From Felis catus (lineage: Eukaryota): a stretch of 64,000 bases of DNA. The notes below the pieces were generated by a model. The model was not told where the DNA came from, searched no databases, and saw only the letters and a program-made list of their open reading frames with translations. A program made the translations under genes and the position numbers. The stretch is from NCBI RefSeq assembly GCF_018350175.1, contig NC_058373.1:112656001-112720000 (forward strand), written 5' to 3'. Shown here piece by piece: positions 13,319 through 27,200 of the stretch. Positions within the stretch are counted from its first letter, which is position 1. Every line of letters begins with the position of its first letter.

Positions 13319-14910
13319 AATGTTAGCATGATAGGTTTTTCTATATATATCCATTTACTTTTAATCTATATTTATATGTTTAAAGGGGGTCTCTTGTAAA
13401 CAACATATAGTGGGGTTGTTTTTAATCCACTCTGACACTCTCTGTCTTTTAATTTTGCATTTAGACCATCGACATTCAAAGTGATTATTAATATAGTTGG
13501 ATTAATGTCTCCCATATTCAATACTGTTTTCTATTTGTTGCCATTCTTTGTTCCTATTTTTATCTTTCACTTTTTCTGCCATTTGTTTGTTTTAATTGAG
13601 CCTTATATATGAATCTGTTTTTTCTCCTTTCTTAGCATATCAATTATACTTCTTGTTTTACTTTTTTTAGTGGTTGCCCTAGAGTTTACAATATACACTT
13701 ACGACTAACCAAGTCCACTTTCAAATGGAATACCTTATAATTACACCTTGTAATAACAAAATTATCCTAATTCCTTCCTTCGTCCCATCCTTTGTATAAC
13801 TGCTGTCATTCATTTCACTTATATACATAAGGATACATATACACATAAAATATATACATAAGCATATATAATGAATATACTGTTGATCTTATCATTTTGA
13901 ACAAACTATTATATGTTAGGTCAATTAAGAATAAGAAAAATAAGTTTTTATTTTACTTTCATTATTCCTTCTTTTATGCTCTGTGTAAGGACCTATATCA
14001 TTTACCTTTTCTCTAAACAACTTCTTTTAACATATCTTGCAAGGCAGCTCTACTGTCAACAAATACCTTCAATTTTTATTTGAGAAGACTTTATTTCTCC
14101 TGCACTGCTAAAAGGATAACTTCACAGTGTACAGAATTCTAAGTTGGTTGTTCTTTTCTCTCAACACTTTAAATATTTCTCTCCACTTTTATCTTGCTTG
14201 CATGGTTTCTGAGCAAAAGTCAGGTTCTTATCTTTGTTTCTCTTTACATAAAGGTTTTGTTTTTCCTCTGACTTTTAGGATTCTTTCTCTTTGATTTCTA
14301 TAGTTTGAAATTATATGTGTAGGTATAGTTTGAGGTTTTTTTTGTTTTTTGTTTTTGCATTTATCCTATTTGGAGTTCTCTGACTATTTTGGTGTCTGAC
14401 ATTAATTTGGGGGAAATTCTCAAGCATGTTTTAAGTATTTCTTCTTTTCTTCTTCTAGTATTCCCATTACACACATGTTATACCTTCTTTAGTTGTCCCA
14501 CAGTTCTTGGATATTTTGTTTTGTTTTCAGTCTGTGTTCTTTTTACTTTGCAGTTTTCAAAAGTTCTATTAATATATCCTCTAGTTCAAAAATTCTTTTC
14601 TCAGCTATGAGCCCATCAAAGGCATTCATCATTACTGTTCAATTTTTTTTATGCATTTCTTTTTCATTCTTTCACTGGATTCTATCTTTCTGCTTATATT
14701 GCCCATCTGTTCTTGCATGCTATCTACTTTATCCATTATAGCCCTTCACATATTAATCTTATTTTAAATTCCTGGTCTGATAATTCCAACATCCTTGCCA
14801 TACCTGGTTCTGATGTTTGCTCTTTCACTTAAAAGTTGTGTTTTTACCTTTTAGTATGCCTTGTAATTTTTTCTTGGTAGCCAGACATTGTGTACTAGGT
14901 AAAAGGAACT

Positions 14911-15310
14911 TGTTTGGTTTCTTTAGATTATTTTTTAAGGTTTTATTTAAATTCCAGTTAATATACAGTGAAATACTTGTTTCAATTGTACAATTTAGTG
15001 ATTCAACACTTACATACAATACCTGGAGCTCATCACAAGTGCCTTCCTTAATTCCCATCACCCATTTAACCCATTCCCCTACCCACCTCCTCTCTGGTAA
15101 CCATCATTTTGCTCTCTATAGTTAAGAATCTGTTTCTTGGTTTGCCTTTCTCTTTTTCTCCCTCAGAATCATTTGTTTTGTTTCTTACATTCCTCATATG
15201 AGTGAAATCATATGGTATTTTTCTCTGACATTTCACTTAGCATGATACTCTAGTTCCATCCATATCATTGCAAAGGTCAAGATGGCATTCTTTTTAATGG
15301 CTGAGTAATA

Positions 15311-15348
<38 letters not shown>

Positions 15349-15622
15349 CACATCTTTTTTATCCTTTCATCAATCATTGGACATTTGGGCTGTGTCTATA
15401 ATTTGGCTAATTTGTAGATAATGATGGTATAAACATTGCAGGGGTATGTATCCTTTTAAATTAGTATTTTTGTATTCTTTGCATAAATAACATAGTAGTG
15501 ATTCCTGGATCATAGTGTAGTTCTATTTTTAACTTTTTGAGGAACCTCCATATTGTTTCCCAGAGTGGCTGCACCAATTTCCATTCCCACCAACAATACA
15601 AGAGGTTGCCCCATTTTTCACA
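14911..15622 (-). mobile_element. 5'-truncated carnivore L1 3' fragment containing (TG)n at about 15313-15345
   Basis: Carnivore L1 3' UTR in antisense; TSD taaaaggaact at 14900-14910 and 15623-15633. Confidence 0.88.
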
Positions 15623-16399
15623 TAAAAGGAACTGTTTTAAATAGGCCTTTAGTAATATGGTGATGAAATTTGGGAGGAGGGAAAGTGTTCTGTATCCCTA
15701 CATCAGGTCTCTGTACTTTAGTGAACCATTGCCTCTGGACTTTGTACCTCACAAGTGTTTGTAGTTTTTTTCTCACCACCACCCCCCAACCTTAGGTGAG
15801 ACAGCATGGCTGTGCAGGAGCAGGAGTGGGGTATATTGTGTCTTCCAGGTCAGTTAGTCTCTGATAATATCCCATCAGATTATGCTCTGGTTAACTAGTT
15901 ACCTCTGAAGGTGCGCCTTGTTAAGAACAGAGTGCTAACAGTGTTTCAAAATGGTTCCTTTCTTCTCCCCTTGCTGGAAGCACAAGGATTTTTCTTCCAT
16001 ATCTACTATAGGAACCTGGTTATGCTCCTGGAGGTAAATCTCACAATATTTTGGAGGGTCCCCTATGACTAGGTCCTCGTAGAATTTTTAACTTCCACTT
16101 GTCCATACTGAGCATCCAGCAATTCATTAATAACAACTCAGGTTTTCCCACCTCAGCACTATTTCTTGCAGCTGTTTCCCTTGCAATTCTCTACTGTGGT
16201 AAGCCAGAACTTCCTGTATTTGCTTGTTGGCCTCTCCAGTCATGGAGACAGCAGTTCGCCCTCTGTCTCCCCTCTCTTACAGATTCAAAAAGAGTTGATT
16301 TTTCAGTCTGTTCAGGCTTTTACTTGTTAGTAGGATGGAGTGACAATTTTCAAGCTTCTAACATGAAGTACTGGACACAAGAAATCTGTAAACAGTATT

Positions 16400-16685
16400 T
16401 TGTTTTAATTTTTTTTAATTTAAGTATAGTTGACATGCAATACTACATCACTTTCAAGTATACAATATAATGATTCAACAACTTTATACATTATTCTATG
16501 CTCATCACAAGTGTAGCTACCATCTGTTACCATACAACAATTATGTATTCCTCATACTGTACCTTTCATCTCTGGGACTTATTCATTGCAATAGCTTGAA
16601 ACTTGTACCTCCCAATCCCCTTCACCCATTTCATTCATCCCCGTACTCTGCTACCCTCTGGCAACCACCAGTTTGTTCTTTGTAG
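16400..16685 (-). mobile_element. L1 3' UTR fragment (L1MA/carnivore type)
   Basis: aagtatagttgacatgcaat...ctctggcaaccaccagtttgttct. Confidence 0.7.
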
Positions 16686-16689
16686 AAAT

Positions 16690-18365
16690 ATAATTTGTAT
16701 ACTGATCTTATGTACTGCAGCCTTGATTAAATACTAGTGCGATCTAAGAGGGTATTTTTTGTTTTGTTTTAAGAGTCTTTCATCATGTCATCTGTAAATA
16801 GGAGCAGTTTTATTGCTTCCTTTCTGATCTGCCTGCCTGGATTCTTTCTTTTCTCTTGCCAGTTGTACTGACTAGAATTTCCACCACTGTGTTCAGTAGC
16901 CATGATGAGAATGGACATCCTTGACTTTTTCCTGATCTTACAGGAAAAGCTTTCAGTCCTTCATCAATTAGTATAATGTGATTTGTAGGCTTTTTTATAA
17001 AAGCTTTAAAGTCTGAGAAAGTTTGTCTCTATTCCAAATTTTTCTGAAGAGTTGTTACCATGAATGAATATTGATACGCTTTTGTACATAAATTAATAAA
17101 TTATGTGATCTATTTTTTCTGTCTGTATGGTAGATTATATTGATTGACCTCTTTACATATAGAACCAGTCTTGCATTCTTAGAATAATCTCCATTAGGTT
17201 ATGTCATATCATTTTTTTCCATTCTTTTTATATATTGCTGAAATATGTTTGCTAATATTTTGGTAAGAATTTTTACATATATATTCATAAAAGATACTAT
17301 TCTACAGGTTTTTTTTCTCTATCTGTATTTACTTATCAAAGTATATTAGCTTCATAAAAAGTAGTAAATAAAGCGTTCCTCCTTCTTTTCTCTGGAAGAG
17401 TTTGTTTATGTAGAATTTATATTAATTTCTCTTTGAACACTTTGTAAAATTTACCAGTGAAACCATATGGCCTGGAGATTTATTTTTCTAGAGTGTTTCA
17501 CTGTAGATTCAATTTCCCTAAAAGTTATAAAGCTACTAAAATTATTTTATTTTTGATTGAATGTGGCATTTTGTACTTTTCATGGAATTCTCCCATTTCA
17601 TCTAAGTTTTATGTATGTAGTACTTTCCTAGTATCTCCTTATTGTTATGTGTTTGTCTTCATTGTCTGTACTAATATTTTTATTTCATTTGTATATTGGT
17701 AATTTGTCTCCTTTTTCTTTCTCAGTCTTGCTTAAGATATTTCAGTTTTATTGATTATTTCAAAGATTGGGCGTTTTGTTTCATTGTTTTTTTTCTATTA
17801 TTTTTCCATATTCAAATTTCATTGGCCTCTGCGCTTATCTTTATGATTTCATTGTTTATCTTATTTTGGGTTTATTTTGCTGTATACAGTCCTTAAGGTT
17901 GGAGCTTATATTGATTTGAAACTTACCTCTTTTTTAATGTATTAGAAACACTGTTTTAGGTGCATCCCACAAATTCTGATATGTTGTCTCTTCATTTTTA
18001 ATCACTGCAGTATTTTTTTTTTCATTCCTTTAAGACTTCTTTGCTCCATTGGTTACCTAGAAATTTATAAACTTGGTTTAGATTCAAAGTGTATGGGCAT
18101 TTTCCTCTTATCTTTCTGTTATTGATTTCTAATTTGATTCTGTTATCAGAAAACACATTGTATGATTTCAATTATTTTAAACTTGTTGAGGTTTATTTTT
18201 ATGGTTTTGGATATGATCTCTCATGGTAAATGTTCCATGAGCACTGGAGAAGAATATAGATTGTTTGGTCAGGTGGACTATTCTATGTCAATTAGATCCT
18301 GATAATTGATGGTGCCTTTGAGTTTTTCTGTATCATTATTGGTTTTTCTTTTAGTTCTTCTATCA
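16690..18365 (-). mobile_element. Old L1 ORF2 fragment, antisense
   Basis: gagaatggacatccttgactttttcctgatctta; ttaccagtgaaaccatatggcctggag; aatgttccatgagcactggagaagaat. Confidence 0.75.
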
Positions 18366-19006
18366 CAATATCTAAAAAAGAACTTGCATCCAAAATAAAG
18401 AACTCGTAGTTATTTACCCAAATGATTTGAAAACTTTATGCCCGTGAAAAATCTGCATGTGAACATTGATAAGATAATTGCTAAAAACTGTAATCAACCA
18501 AGATGTACTTAAGTAGGTAAATGTATAAGCAAACTGTGTTGCATCCATACAATGGAATAGTATTCAATGATAAAACAAAATGAGCTATCAAACCACAAAA
18601 AAGACATGGAGGAATCTTAAATGCATATGCTAAGTTAAAAAAAAAAAGCCAATTTGAAAATGATACATACCATAGGATTCCGATTTTGTGACATTTTGGA
18701 AAAAGTAAAACAGTATAGACAGTGAAGTGATCAGTGACTGCCAGGGATTTGTGGAAAGAGGGACATAGATGAATAGATGAATCACAGCCAATTTTGAGGG
18801 CAATAACACTATTCTGTATGATACTATAGGGTGAAACATGGAAACATATGTTATGCATTTGTCAAAACTCACAGAACTTTACGTTACAAAGAATGCTTAA
18901 TATATGCAGAATTTTTCTAAAAACAGCATTTAGGCAGTTGGCATATCCCAGAAAATAATGCAGACTCTGAGAAGAGAAACTAAATATATTAAAAATATAG
19001 GAAACA

Positions 19007-19230
19007 GGGACGCCTGGGTGGCTCAGTCGGTTGAGTGTCCAACTTCCGCTCGGGTCATGATCTCGCAGTTCATGAGTTCGGGCCCCGTGTCAGGCTCCGT
19101 GCTGACAGCTCAAAGCCTGGAACCTGCTTCAAATTCTGGGTCTCCCTCTCTCTCTGCCCCTCCCCTACTCATTCTCTCTCTCTCTCTTTCTCTCTCTCTC
19201 TTTCTCTCTGTCAAAAACATTATTTTTTTT
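19007..19230 (+). mobile_element. CanSINE (SINEC_Fc-type)
   Basis: gggacgcctgggtggctcagtcggtt head, (CT)n; TSD aatataggaaaca. Confidence 0.95.
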
Positions 19231-19287
19231 TAATATAGGAAACAATCTCACTGAAGGGGCTGGAGGGAAAAGATGCTGACCTAAATA

Positions 19288-19753
19288 CAGTAGTCCCCCT
19301 TTATCCACAGGGATACATTCCATGATCCCCAATAGGTGCCTGAAATCACAGATAGTGCTAGACCCTATATGTATACTGTTTTTTCCTATACATACTTAAC
19401 TATGATAAAATTTACTTTATTAATTAGGCACAGTAAGAGGTTAACAACAATAACTAATAATAAAATAGAACAATAGTAACATACTGTAGTAAGAGTTATG
19501 TAAATGTGGTCTTCCTCTCAAAGTATCTTATTGTACTCTATTCACCCTTCTTTTTCTGGTGATGTGAGATGATACATGCGTATGTAATGTGATGACGTAA
19601 GGTGAATTACATAGGCAGTGTGACATAGTGTTCTATTGACCTTCCAATGATATGTTAGAAAGAGGACCATCTGCTTCCAGACTGCTGTTGATCATGGGTA
19701 ACTGAAGCTAAAGAAAGTGAAATTGCAGAAGGGAGGGGGCAGGGATACTACTG
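19288..19753. mobile_element. Tigger2a-like non-autonomous Tc1/mariner (pogo) DNA transposon
   Basis: TIR ends cagtagtcccc...gggatactactg; TA target duplication at 19286-87 and 19754-55; internal taattaggcacagtaagag motif recalled from Tigger2. Confidence 0.82.
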
Positions 19754-21239
19754 TACCTTTGGATATAAGTGGTGTTTGTAAGGCTAAAGGTAAAGGAATT
19801 GCACATAAGCATTTTATTCTAGTTGATAGTTCTATCCCTTGCACACTTGAGTTAACAATTCTGATGTTACTATATATGTTTGCTGATATCACTATATATG
19901 TTCACTATATATGTTTCAGCAATTAAGTAAATGGATGGTGAATGGTGGGAACTGCATTTCTCACTGATACAGTAGAAAATCACATATTTACAATGGGAGG
20001 AGGCTAGAATGATCCATGTGTTCAGAGTTGGAGACATCAGTGTGGATTCATGTTTATTTAATATAAATGGTATACAAATGGTATGTATATAGAAATATTT
20101 GTAGATATGTGTACGTACATGGTTAGCATACATACATATTCCTTTGCTCTCTCAGCAGAAAGGGTCCAAAAGAAACAATACCTCAGTAAAAACAAGCATA
20201 CCTAATGCTCAGATCTTGATTTCTAATACTGTTTACCAATAAAAGGAACTTCTTCTCAGACAAATGGCTGGTTCCAGGACTGGGCAAGAAATATACAAGA
20301 TAAGCCTAGAGCACCTTTTAGTGCTCAAAAGTAAAGAATTGCTCAAAAAAGCAAACAAAAAACCCCACGTTTTTGGATGTATGTCAAAGGCATATAGGAG
20401 CCAACTGACAAAGCTCCCAGTGGCCAAAGTTTCATGAAACAGTTTAAGCAACAAAATGTAGTTGTACTTTATTATAACCCAAGGTGTAAATATCCATGAG
20501 TCCACACTGATCTAAATGAATAATTGAATAAATTAACACTGAGGAAAAAGAGAGAAGTCTTTCATGTAGATTTCCAAGTTATTCATGTATATGTTTTACC
20601 CTCAAAGAGGGGGCATGTGGGCTGTACAAAATGACTTCCTTCCTAAGAGTACAGTATGGAAAGGAAAGGAAAAAAGTACTATGGAGAAATCTGACAGATA
20701 CCTCAGGTGATCAAAGTCAGTAACATTCATGTATCATGGTATGATTTTGTGCCTTTGATATGAAGTGATGAAAATAGCGCTTTACTTCTATGCTCTTCCT
20801 CCCCAAATCCCACAACTCTAGTCTTATGAGAAAAATATCAGAAAACTTGAGTAATGGGGCACTCTACAAAATACCTAAACAATACTTCTCAAAACTGTCA
20901 AGGTCATTAAAGCCAAGGAAAATCTGGAAAGCTGTCACAGCCAAGAGGAACATCACAAGACTTGAAAACTAAATGTTGTAATAGGGTAATCTGGATGGGA
21001 TCCTAGAACATAAAAAGGACAAGAGGAAATATGAATAATGTATGGACTTTAATTGTAATATACCAATATTGGTCATTAAGTCTAACAAAATGTACCATAC
21101 TAATGTAAGATGTTAAAAGATAGGGGAAACTGGCAACAGGGTATATGTGAACTCTATATTTTATCTTCTCAACTTTTCAGTAAATCTGAAGTTGTTCAAA
21201 AAAAATCCTATTTTTAAAAAACAGTTTGGTTCATTTTAC

Positions 21240-21780
21240 AGCCATATTCTATACAACTTTCAAGGAACAGGTACTTCCAATCTTACATAAACTTTTCTTT
21301 GGAATAATAGAAATGTAAACATTTCCTAATTCATGTTGTAAGACTACAATAATCTTAACCAAAACCAGAAAAGAATAGTCAAAAAATGAAAAATATGGGT
21401 AATATCATGGTGAACATAGATGAAAAGTACTTCAAAAATAAAATATTAAACACCAAATCCAGCAATATGTAAAAAACAATACATCAAGACCAAGATTGAT
21501 TTATTTCCAAGATAAAAAGATGGTTCAACATTAGATAACTGATTAACATGAAACACCACATTAACAAATTAATGAGGAAAAAACATATAGTCTTCTTATT
21601 TGATTCATAGAAAGCATTCAATGAAATTCAACACCCATCTATGAATAACAGCTCTCAGCAAGCTAGGATAAGAAGGAAAGTTCCTTAACCTGATCAAGCA
21701 AATATAGTTAATAGATGCTGTTAGTCTTCTCTTTAAAGTTAGCAGTAAGACAAAGAGTCCTGTCACGACTATCATAACTA
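21240..21780 (+). mobile_element. Very old L1 ORF2 (RT N-terminal) fragment
   Basis: gaacatagatgaaaag...gatggttcaacatt...aagcattcaatgaaattcaacaccca. Confidence 0.7.
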
Positions 21781-22635
21781 TACATCAATTGCTATCCTAT
21801 AAATCCAAAATGTATTTTTTAATACAGCCCTTTGCAAGGTTTATTTTATTTCATGATGTGGAGATTATAACTTTAGCTCAATTTTCTGAACTTGTTACAT
21901 AAAGTGGATTTATTAATTGCATAAATGATAACATTGTATTTGATGCTATGCAAAAGGTCCATACCTGACCTCTAGAAATTTACAAGTCTTGGACACCCTG
22001 CACAAACAGATGAAGAGACATAAATAACAGAGCAAAACTAAAAGGCCAATATATAAATGAACAGTAAGGTGCTTATACAGCATTCTAGCACATTTGTAAA
22101 AGTGGAGAAACAAGGATAAAGCTGGTGAACAGAAAATTTGGGGAAAATCAGGATATCCTTGTCCAAACTGATCAAGATGAGACATGTAATTACTTTCTAG
22201 TAACTCAGTTGGATACTTAGGGGAAGTGGTATTACCCAAACTGTTTATAGGACAAAGATCAATTGAATGGTGGCTAGAATGAAAGGCTAGTCCAGTATGG
22301 TATTGTTTTGAAAAAAACCTTTACAAGTTGAGGCAACTTTACCCTAACCTTTTTTTATATCACATTGAAAGACTTTTACAGTGAATACCCTTATAGATTC
22401 TACCTGAATTCTGCTATTAACATTTTACTGTAGTTGCTTTTTCATTTATCATCTGTTCATTCAAACAACATTTTTAAAAAACTGTCAACATCAAGGCTCG
22501 TCAGAATAGGCAGCAGTACTACTGTTAGAAGTGTAACTTGGTACAGACATTATGGAAAATGATTTGTTTTCATATAGTAATGATGTACATCTGCTTATTC
22601 CTGATTCATAAACCACATCTACCAATATACCCTAG

Positions 22636-22946
22636 AAAGGTAGCTTACACTTTTTGACCATGAGCCACAGTAAGAAATATACTTCACATTGTAATCCAGT
22701 ACCCACATACATATATGTGTATATGTCTCTATGTGGATATATATACATATATACATATATGTATACATATACATGCACATATATGTATATAGAAGTTACA
22801 AAACGTTTAGGAAACAATAATCCTAACTACAAGAAAGTCATTCTGATATTTTCTGTTCTATTTTTTTTTTGGCATACTACTTATAACTATTTAAGTTAGT
22901 TTACTACCCTATTAATTGGCGTTGACCTGCAAGTTGAAGAACATTC
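22636..22946. mobile_element. Probable hAT-Charlie-type MITE with internal (TA/CA)-rich microsatellite
   Basis: actttttgaccatgagccacagtaagaaata...attggcgttgacctgcaagttgaagaaca resembles Charlie MITE ends; family not resolved. Confidence 0.5.
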
Positions 22947-22949
22947 CTT

Positions 22950-24075
22950 TAAAGAAAGCCTCGCGCATAGGTACGAAGAAAAATGTAAAGGAACATTTTC
23001 TAATAGCTGCTTTTTTTCATAATACCAACAAGTAGAATAAAAGATGCCCATAAGCAGAAGAATAGATAAATAAATTGTGGTATAATTATAATAGAATACT
23101 GTACATCAGTGAAAATGAACTAAAGCTATCTATGTATGTCAGCGTGGAAGAACATCACAAACACAATGTTGAATGAGAAAACCAAGTTATATTAGAATAT
23201 ATACAGTATTATTCCACTAATATAAATTTCAAAAACATGCTAAACTGAATAGGACAATATATTTAGATAAACATCTGTGCAAAAGTATTTTTTAAGTAAA
23301 TGAGTGATATATGCTCCAACATGGATGAACCCTGAAAACATGCTGAGTAAAAGAAGCCAGTCACAAACGGCCACATGTTGTGTGATTCCATTTATGTGAA
23401 ACGTTCAGGATATGCAAATATACAGAGACAGGAAGTAGATTATGGGTTGTTTAGGGCTGGAGATTGGGAGAAAATGTGGACTGCTAATGGGTATGAGATT
23501 TTGGGGGGTAAGTTGATAAAAATGTTTTAAAGTTGATACTGATGATGGTTGCACAACTCTGTGAAATACTTTAAAATTTTTTAAATTTTACACTGTACAT
23601 GGGTAAGGTGTATAGAATGTTGATTCTGTCTCAAAGTTTTTATAAAAATAAGTAAGGGGGTGCCTGGGTGGCTCAGTCAGTTAAGCATCTGACTTCAGCT
23701 CAGGTCATGATCTCGTTCATGGTTCATGGGTTCAAGCTCTGCATCAGGATCTGTGCTGACAGATCAAAACCTGGAGGATGCTTCAAATTCTGTGTCCCTC
23801 TCTCTTTCTCTCTGTCTCTCTACCTTCCCCCTGCTCATTTGCACATGCACGCTGTCTCAAAAATAAACATTCAAAAAAAAGTAAAGAAATGGTTTTAAGA
23901 GTCAGGAAAAGAGTTACTTGGGAAAAAGGAGACAAGATCAGTATAAAACACACAGTGGTCTTTGAAGATATAAATAATAATCTCAACCTAGATTTTAGGT
24001 ACATGGGTAACTTATTATCTACATTTTATATATGCATTATAAATTTTTGTGTATTTAATACTTAATAAACTTTTA
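22950..24075 (+). mobile_element. Nested L1ME-like and L1MB-like 3' UTR fragments
   Basis: aacatggatgaaccctgaaaacatgctgagtaaaagaagccagtcacaa (L1MB-like, about 23300-23650) lies inside older L1 3' sequence. Confidence 0.65.
23657..23880 (+). mobile_element. CanSINE
   Basis: ggggtgcctgggtggctcagtcagttaag head, (CT)n, aataaa, poly(A). Confidence 0.93.
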
Positions 24076-24213
24076 ATTTTAAGGGAAACAAAATTATTTT
24101 GTAATATTCTTTATATATCCATGCCTTTATATATCCAAGTTTAACATGAAATATCAAAATTTTGATATGAATCTTGACTAGGACCAGTTTTCATTGAAAT
24201 ATATCCTATTTTA

Positions 24214-27200
24214 GTGGGAGGAGCCAAAATGGCGGAACACCATGGAATTTTTTTTGCTTCTTGCGTCCATGAAATATAGTCAGATCAACACTAAACCATC
24301 TTGCACACCTAGAAAACTGATTTGAGGATTAACACAACAATCTGCACAACCAAGCCACAGAACTCAGCAGGAATTCACCTCAAGAAAGAGCAGGAAGAAA
24401 CGACAGCCAGGGATTTAATCAACACAGATACAAGCAAGATGTCTGAACCAGAATTTAGAATCACGATAATAAGAATACTAGCTGGAGTCGAAAATAGATT
24501 AGAATCCCCCTCCACAGATATAAAAGAGGTAAAAACTAATCAGGATGGAACAAAAAATGCTATAACTGAGCTGCAATCTCAAATGGATGTCACGGCAGCA
24601 AGGATGGATGAGGCAGAACGGCAAATAAGCAATATAGAGGACAAAATATGGAGGATAATGCAGCAGAAAAAAAGAGGGAGACTAAGGCAAAAGAGCACAA
24701 TTTAAGACTTAGAGAAATCAGTGACTCATTAAAAAGGAATGAATTCAGAATCATGGGTTTCCCAAAAAATGAAGAGAGAGAGAAAAAGGGGTAGAAGGGT
24801 TATGTGAGCAAATCATAGCAGAAAACTTTCCTAACCTACGGAAAGACACAGACGTCAAATACCAGGAAGTACAGAGGACTCCCATAAGATTCAACAAAAA
24901 CCGACCATCAACAAGGCATATCATAGTCAAATTCACAAAATACTCAGGCAAGGAAAGAATCATGAAAGCAGCAAGGGAAAAAACTCCTTAACCTACAAGG
25001 GAAGACAGATGAGGTTTGCAGCAGACCTATGCACAGAAACTTGGCAGGCCAGAAAGGAGTGGCAGGATATATTCAGTGTGCTGAATTGGAAAAATATGTA
25101 GCCAAGAATTCTTTATCCAGCAAGGCTGTCATTCAAAATAAAAGGAGAGATTTTAAAAAGTTTTTCAGACAAACAAAAATTAAAGGAGTTCCTGACAACC
25201 AAACCAGTCCTGCAAGAAATTTTAAGGGTGACTCTCTGAGGGGAGAAAAAAATGAAAAAAAAAAAAGACCAAAAACAACAAAGACCAGAAGGGCCAGAGA
25301 ACACCACCAGAAACTCTAACTCTATAAGCAACATAATGGCAATAAATTCATATCTTTTGGTACTGACTCTAAACATCAATGGACTCAATGCTCCAATCAA
25401 AAGACATAGGGTAATAGAATGGATAAGAACAAGATCCATCTATATGCTGTTTACAAGAGACCCACTATAGACCTAAAGACACCTTCAGATTGAAAGTAAG
25501 GGGATGGAGAACCATCTATCATGCTAATGGTCAACAAAAGAAAACTGGAATAGCCATACTTATACCAGACAATCTAGATTTTAAAGACTGTACCAAGAGA
25601 TGCAGAAGGGCATTATATCATATTCAAGGGGTCTAACCACCAAGAAGACCTAACAATTGTAAACATTTATGCACCAAATGTGGAGGCACCCAGATATATA
25701 AATCAATCACAAAAAAAAGAAACTCATCAATAGTAATACCATAATGATAGGAGACTTCAACACCCCACTGACAGCAATGGGCAGATCATCTAATCAAAAA
25801 ATCAACAAGGAAACAATGGCTTTGAATGACACACTGGACCAGATGGACTTAACAGATATATTCAGAACATTTCATCCTAAAGCAGTGGAATATACATTCT
25901 TCTCCAGTGCACGTGGAACATACAAAAAGATCAAAATCATACCGTGCATATTTTCAGACCACAGTGCTATGAAACTTGATATCAACCACAAGAAAAAAAT
26001 TGCAAAGATAGCAAATATTTGGAGAGTAAAGAACATCCTACTAAAGAATGAATGGGCTAACCAAGAAGTTAAAGAGGAAATTGAAAAGTACATGGAAGCC
26101 AATGAAAATGATAACACCACAGCCCAAAACCTCTGGGACGCAGCAAAGGCGTTCATAAGAGGGAAGTATATAGCAATCCAGGCCTTTCTAAAGAAGGAAG
26201 TAAGATCTCAGATACACCTTACACCTTATACCTTAAAGAGCTGGAAAAAGAACAGCAAATAAAACCCAAAAACAGCAGAAGACTGGAAACAATAGATATT
26301 AGAGTAGAAATTAATGCTATCAAAACAAAGAAACAAACAAAAAACAGCAGTAACAGATCAATGAAACCAGAAGCTGGTTCTTTGAAACAGTAACAAAATT
26401 GATGATAAGCCCCTAGCCAGTTTGATCAAAAAGAAAAAGGAAAGGACCCAAGTAAATAAAATCAAGAATTAAAGAGGAGAGATCACAACCAACAAAGCAG
26501 AAATACAAATAATAATAAGAGAATATTATGAGCAATTATACGCCAATAAAATGGGCAATCTGGAAGAAATGGACAAATTCCTAGAAACATATACACTACC
26601 AAAACTGAAACAGGAAGAAATAGAAAATTTGAACAGACCCACATCCAGTAAGGAAATCAAATTAGTAATAAAAAATCTCCCAAAAAACAAGGGTCCAGGG
26701 CCACATGGCTTTCCAGGGGAATTCTACCAAACATTTAAGGAAGAGTTAACATCTATTCTCTTGAAGTTGTTACCAAAAATAGAAATGGAAGGAAAACTTC
26801 CAAACTCTTTCTATGAAACCAGCATTACCTTGATTCCAAAACCAGACAAAAACCCCACTAAAAAGGAGAACTATAGACCAATTTCCCTGATGAACATGGA
26901 TGCAAAAATCCTCAACAAGATATTAGCCAACCGGATCCAACAGTACATTAAAAAAATTATTCACTATGACTAAGTGGGATTTATACCTGTGATGCAAGGC
27001 TGGTTCAATATCCACAAAACAATCTATGTGTTTCATCACATCAATAAAAGAAAGGACAAGAGCCACATGATCCTCTCAATAGATGCAGAGAAAGCAATTG
27101 ACAAAATACAGCATCCTTTCTTGATAAAAACCCTCAAGAAAGTAGGGATACAAGGATCATACCTTGAGATTGTAAAAGCCATATATGAAAGACCCAATAC

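Larger units (their letters stand above)
8140..16390 (-). mobile_element. Antisense block of ancient L1 (L1MC/L1MD-like 3' UTRs, ORF2 and 5' region) interrupted by younger elements
   Basis: Minus-strand ORF2-like peptides (9722..9952, 10807..11037); T-rich L1 antisense motifs such as cattcccaccagcaatgaat and gagaagaatgtgtattctg; boundaries approximate. Confidence 0.8.
18366..21220 (+). mobile_element. L1MC-type long 3' region, interrupted by a SINE and a Tigger
   Basis: gcatccatacaatggaatagtattca; ggaggaatcttaaatgcatatgctaagt; ends aactttcagtaaatctgaagttgttcaaaaaa-like. Confidence 0.75.
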
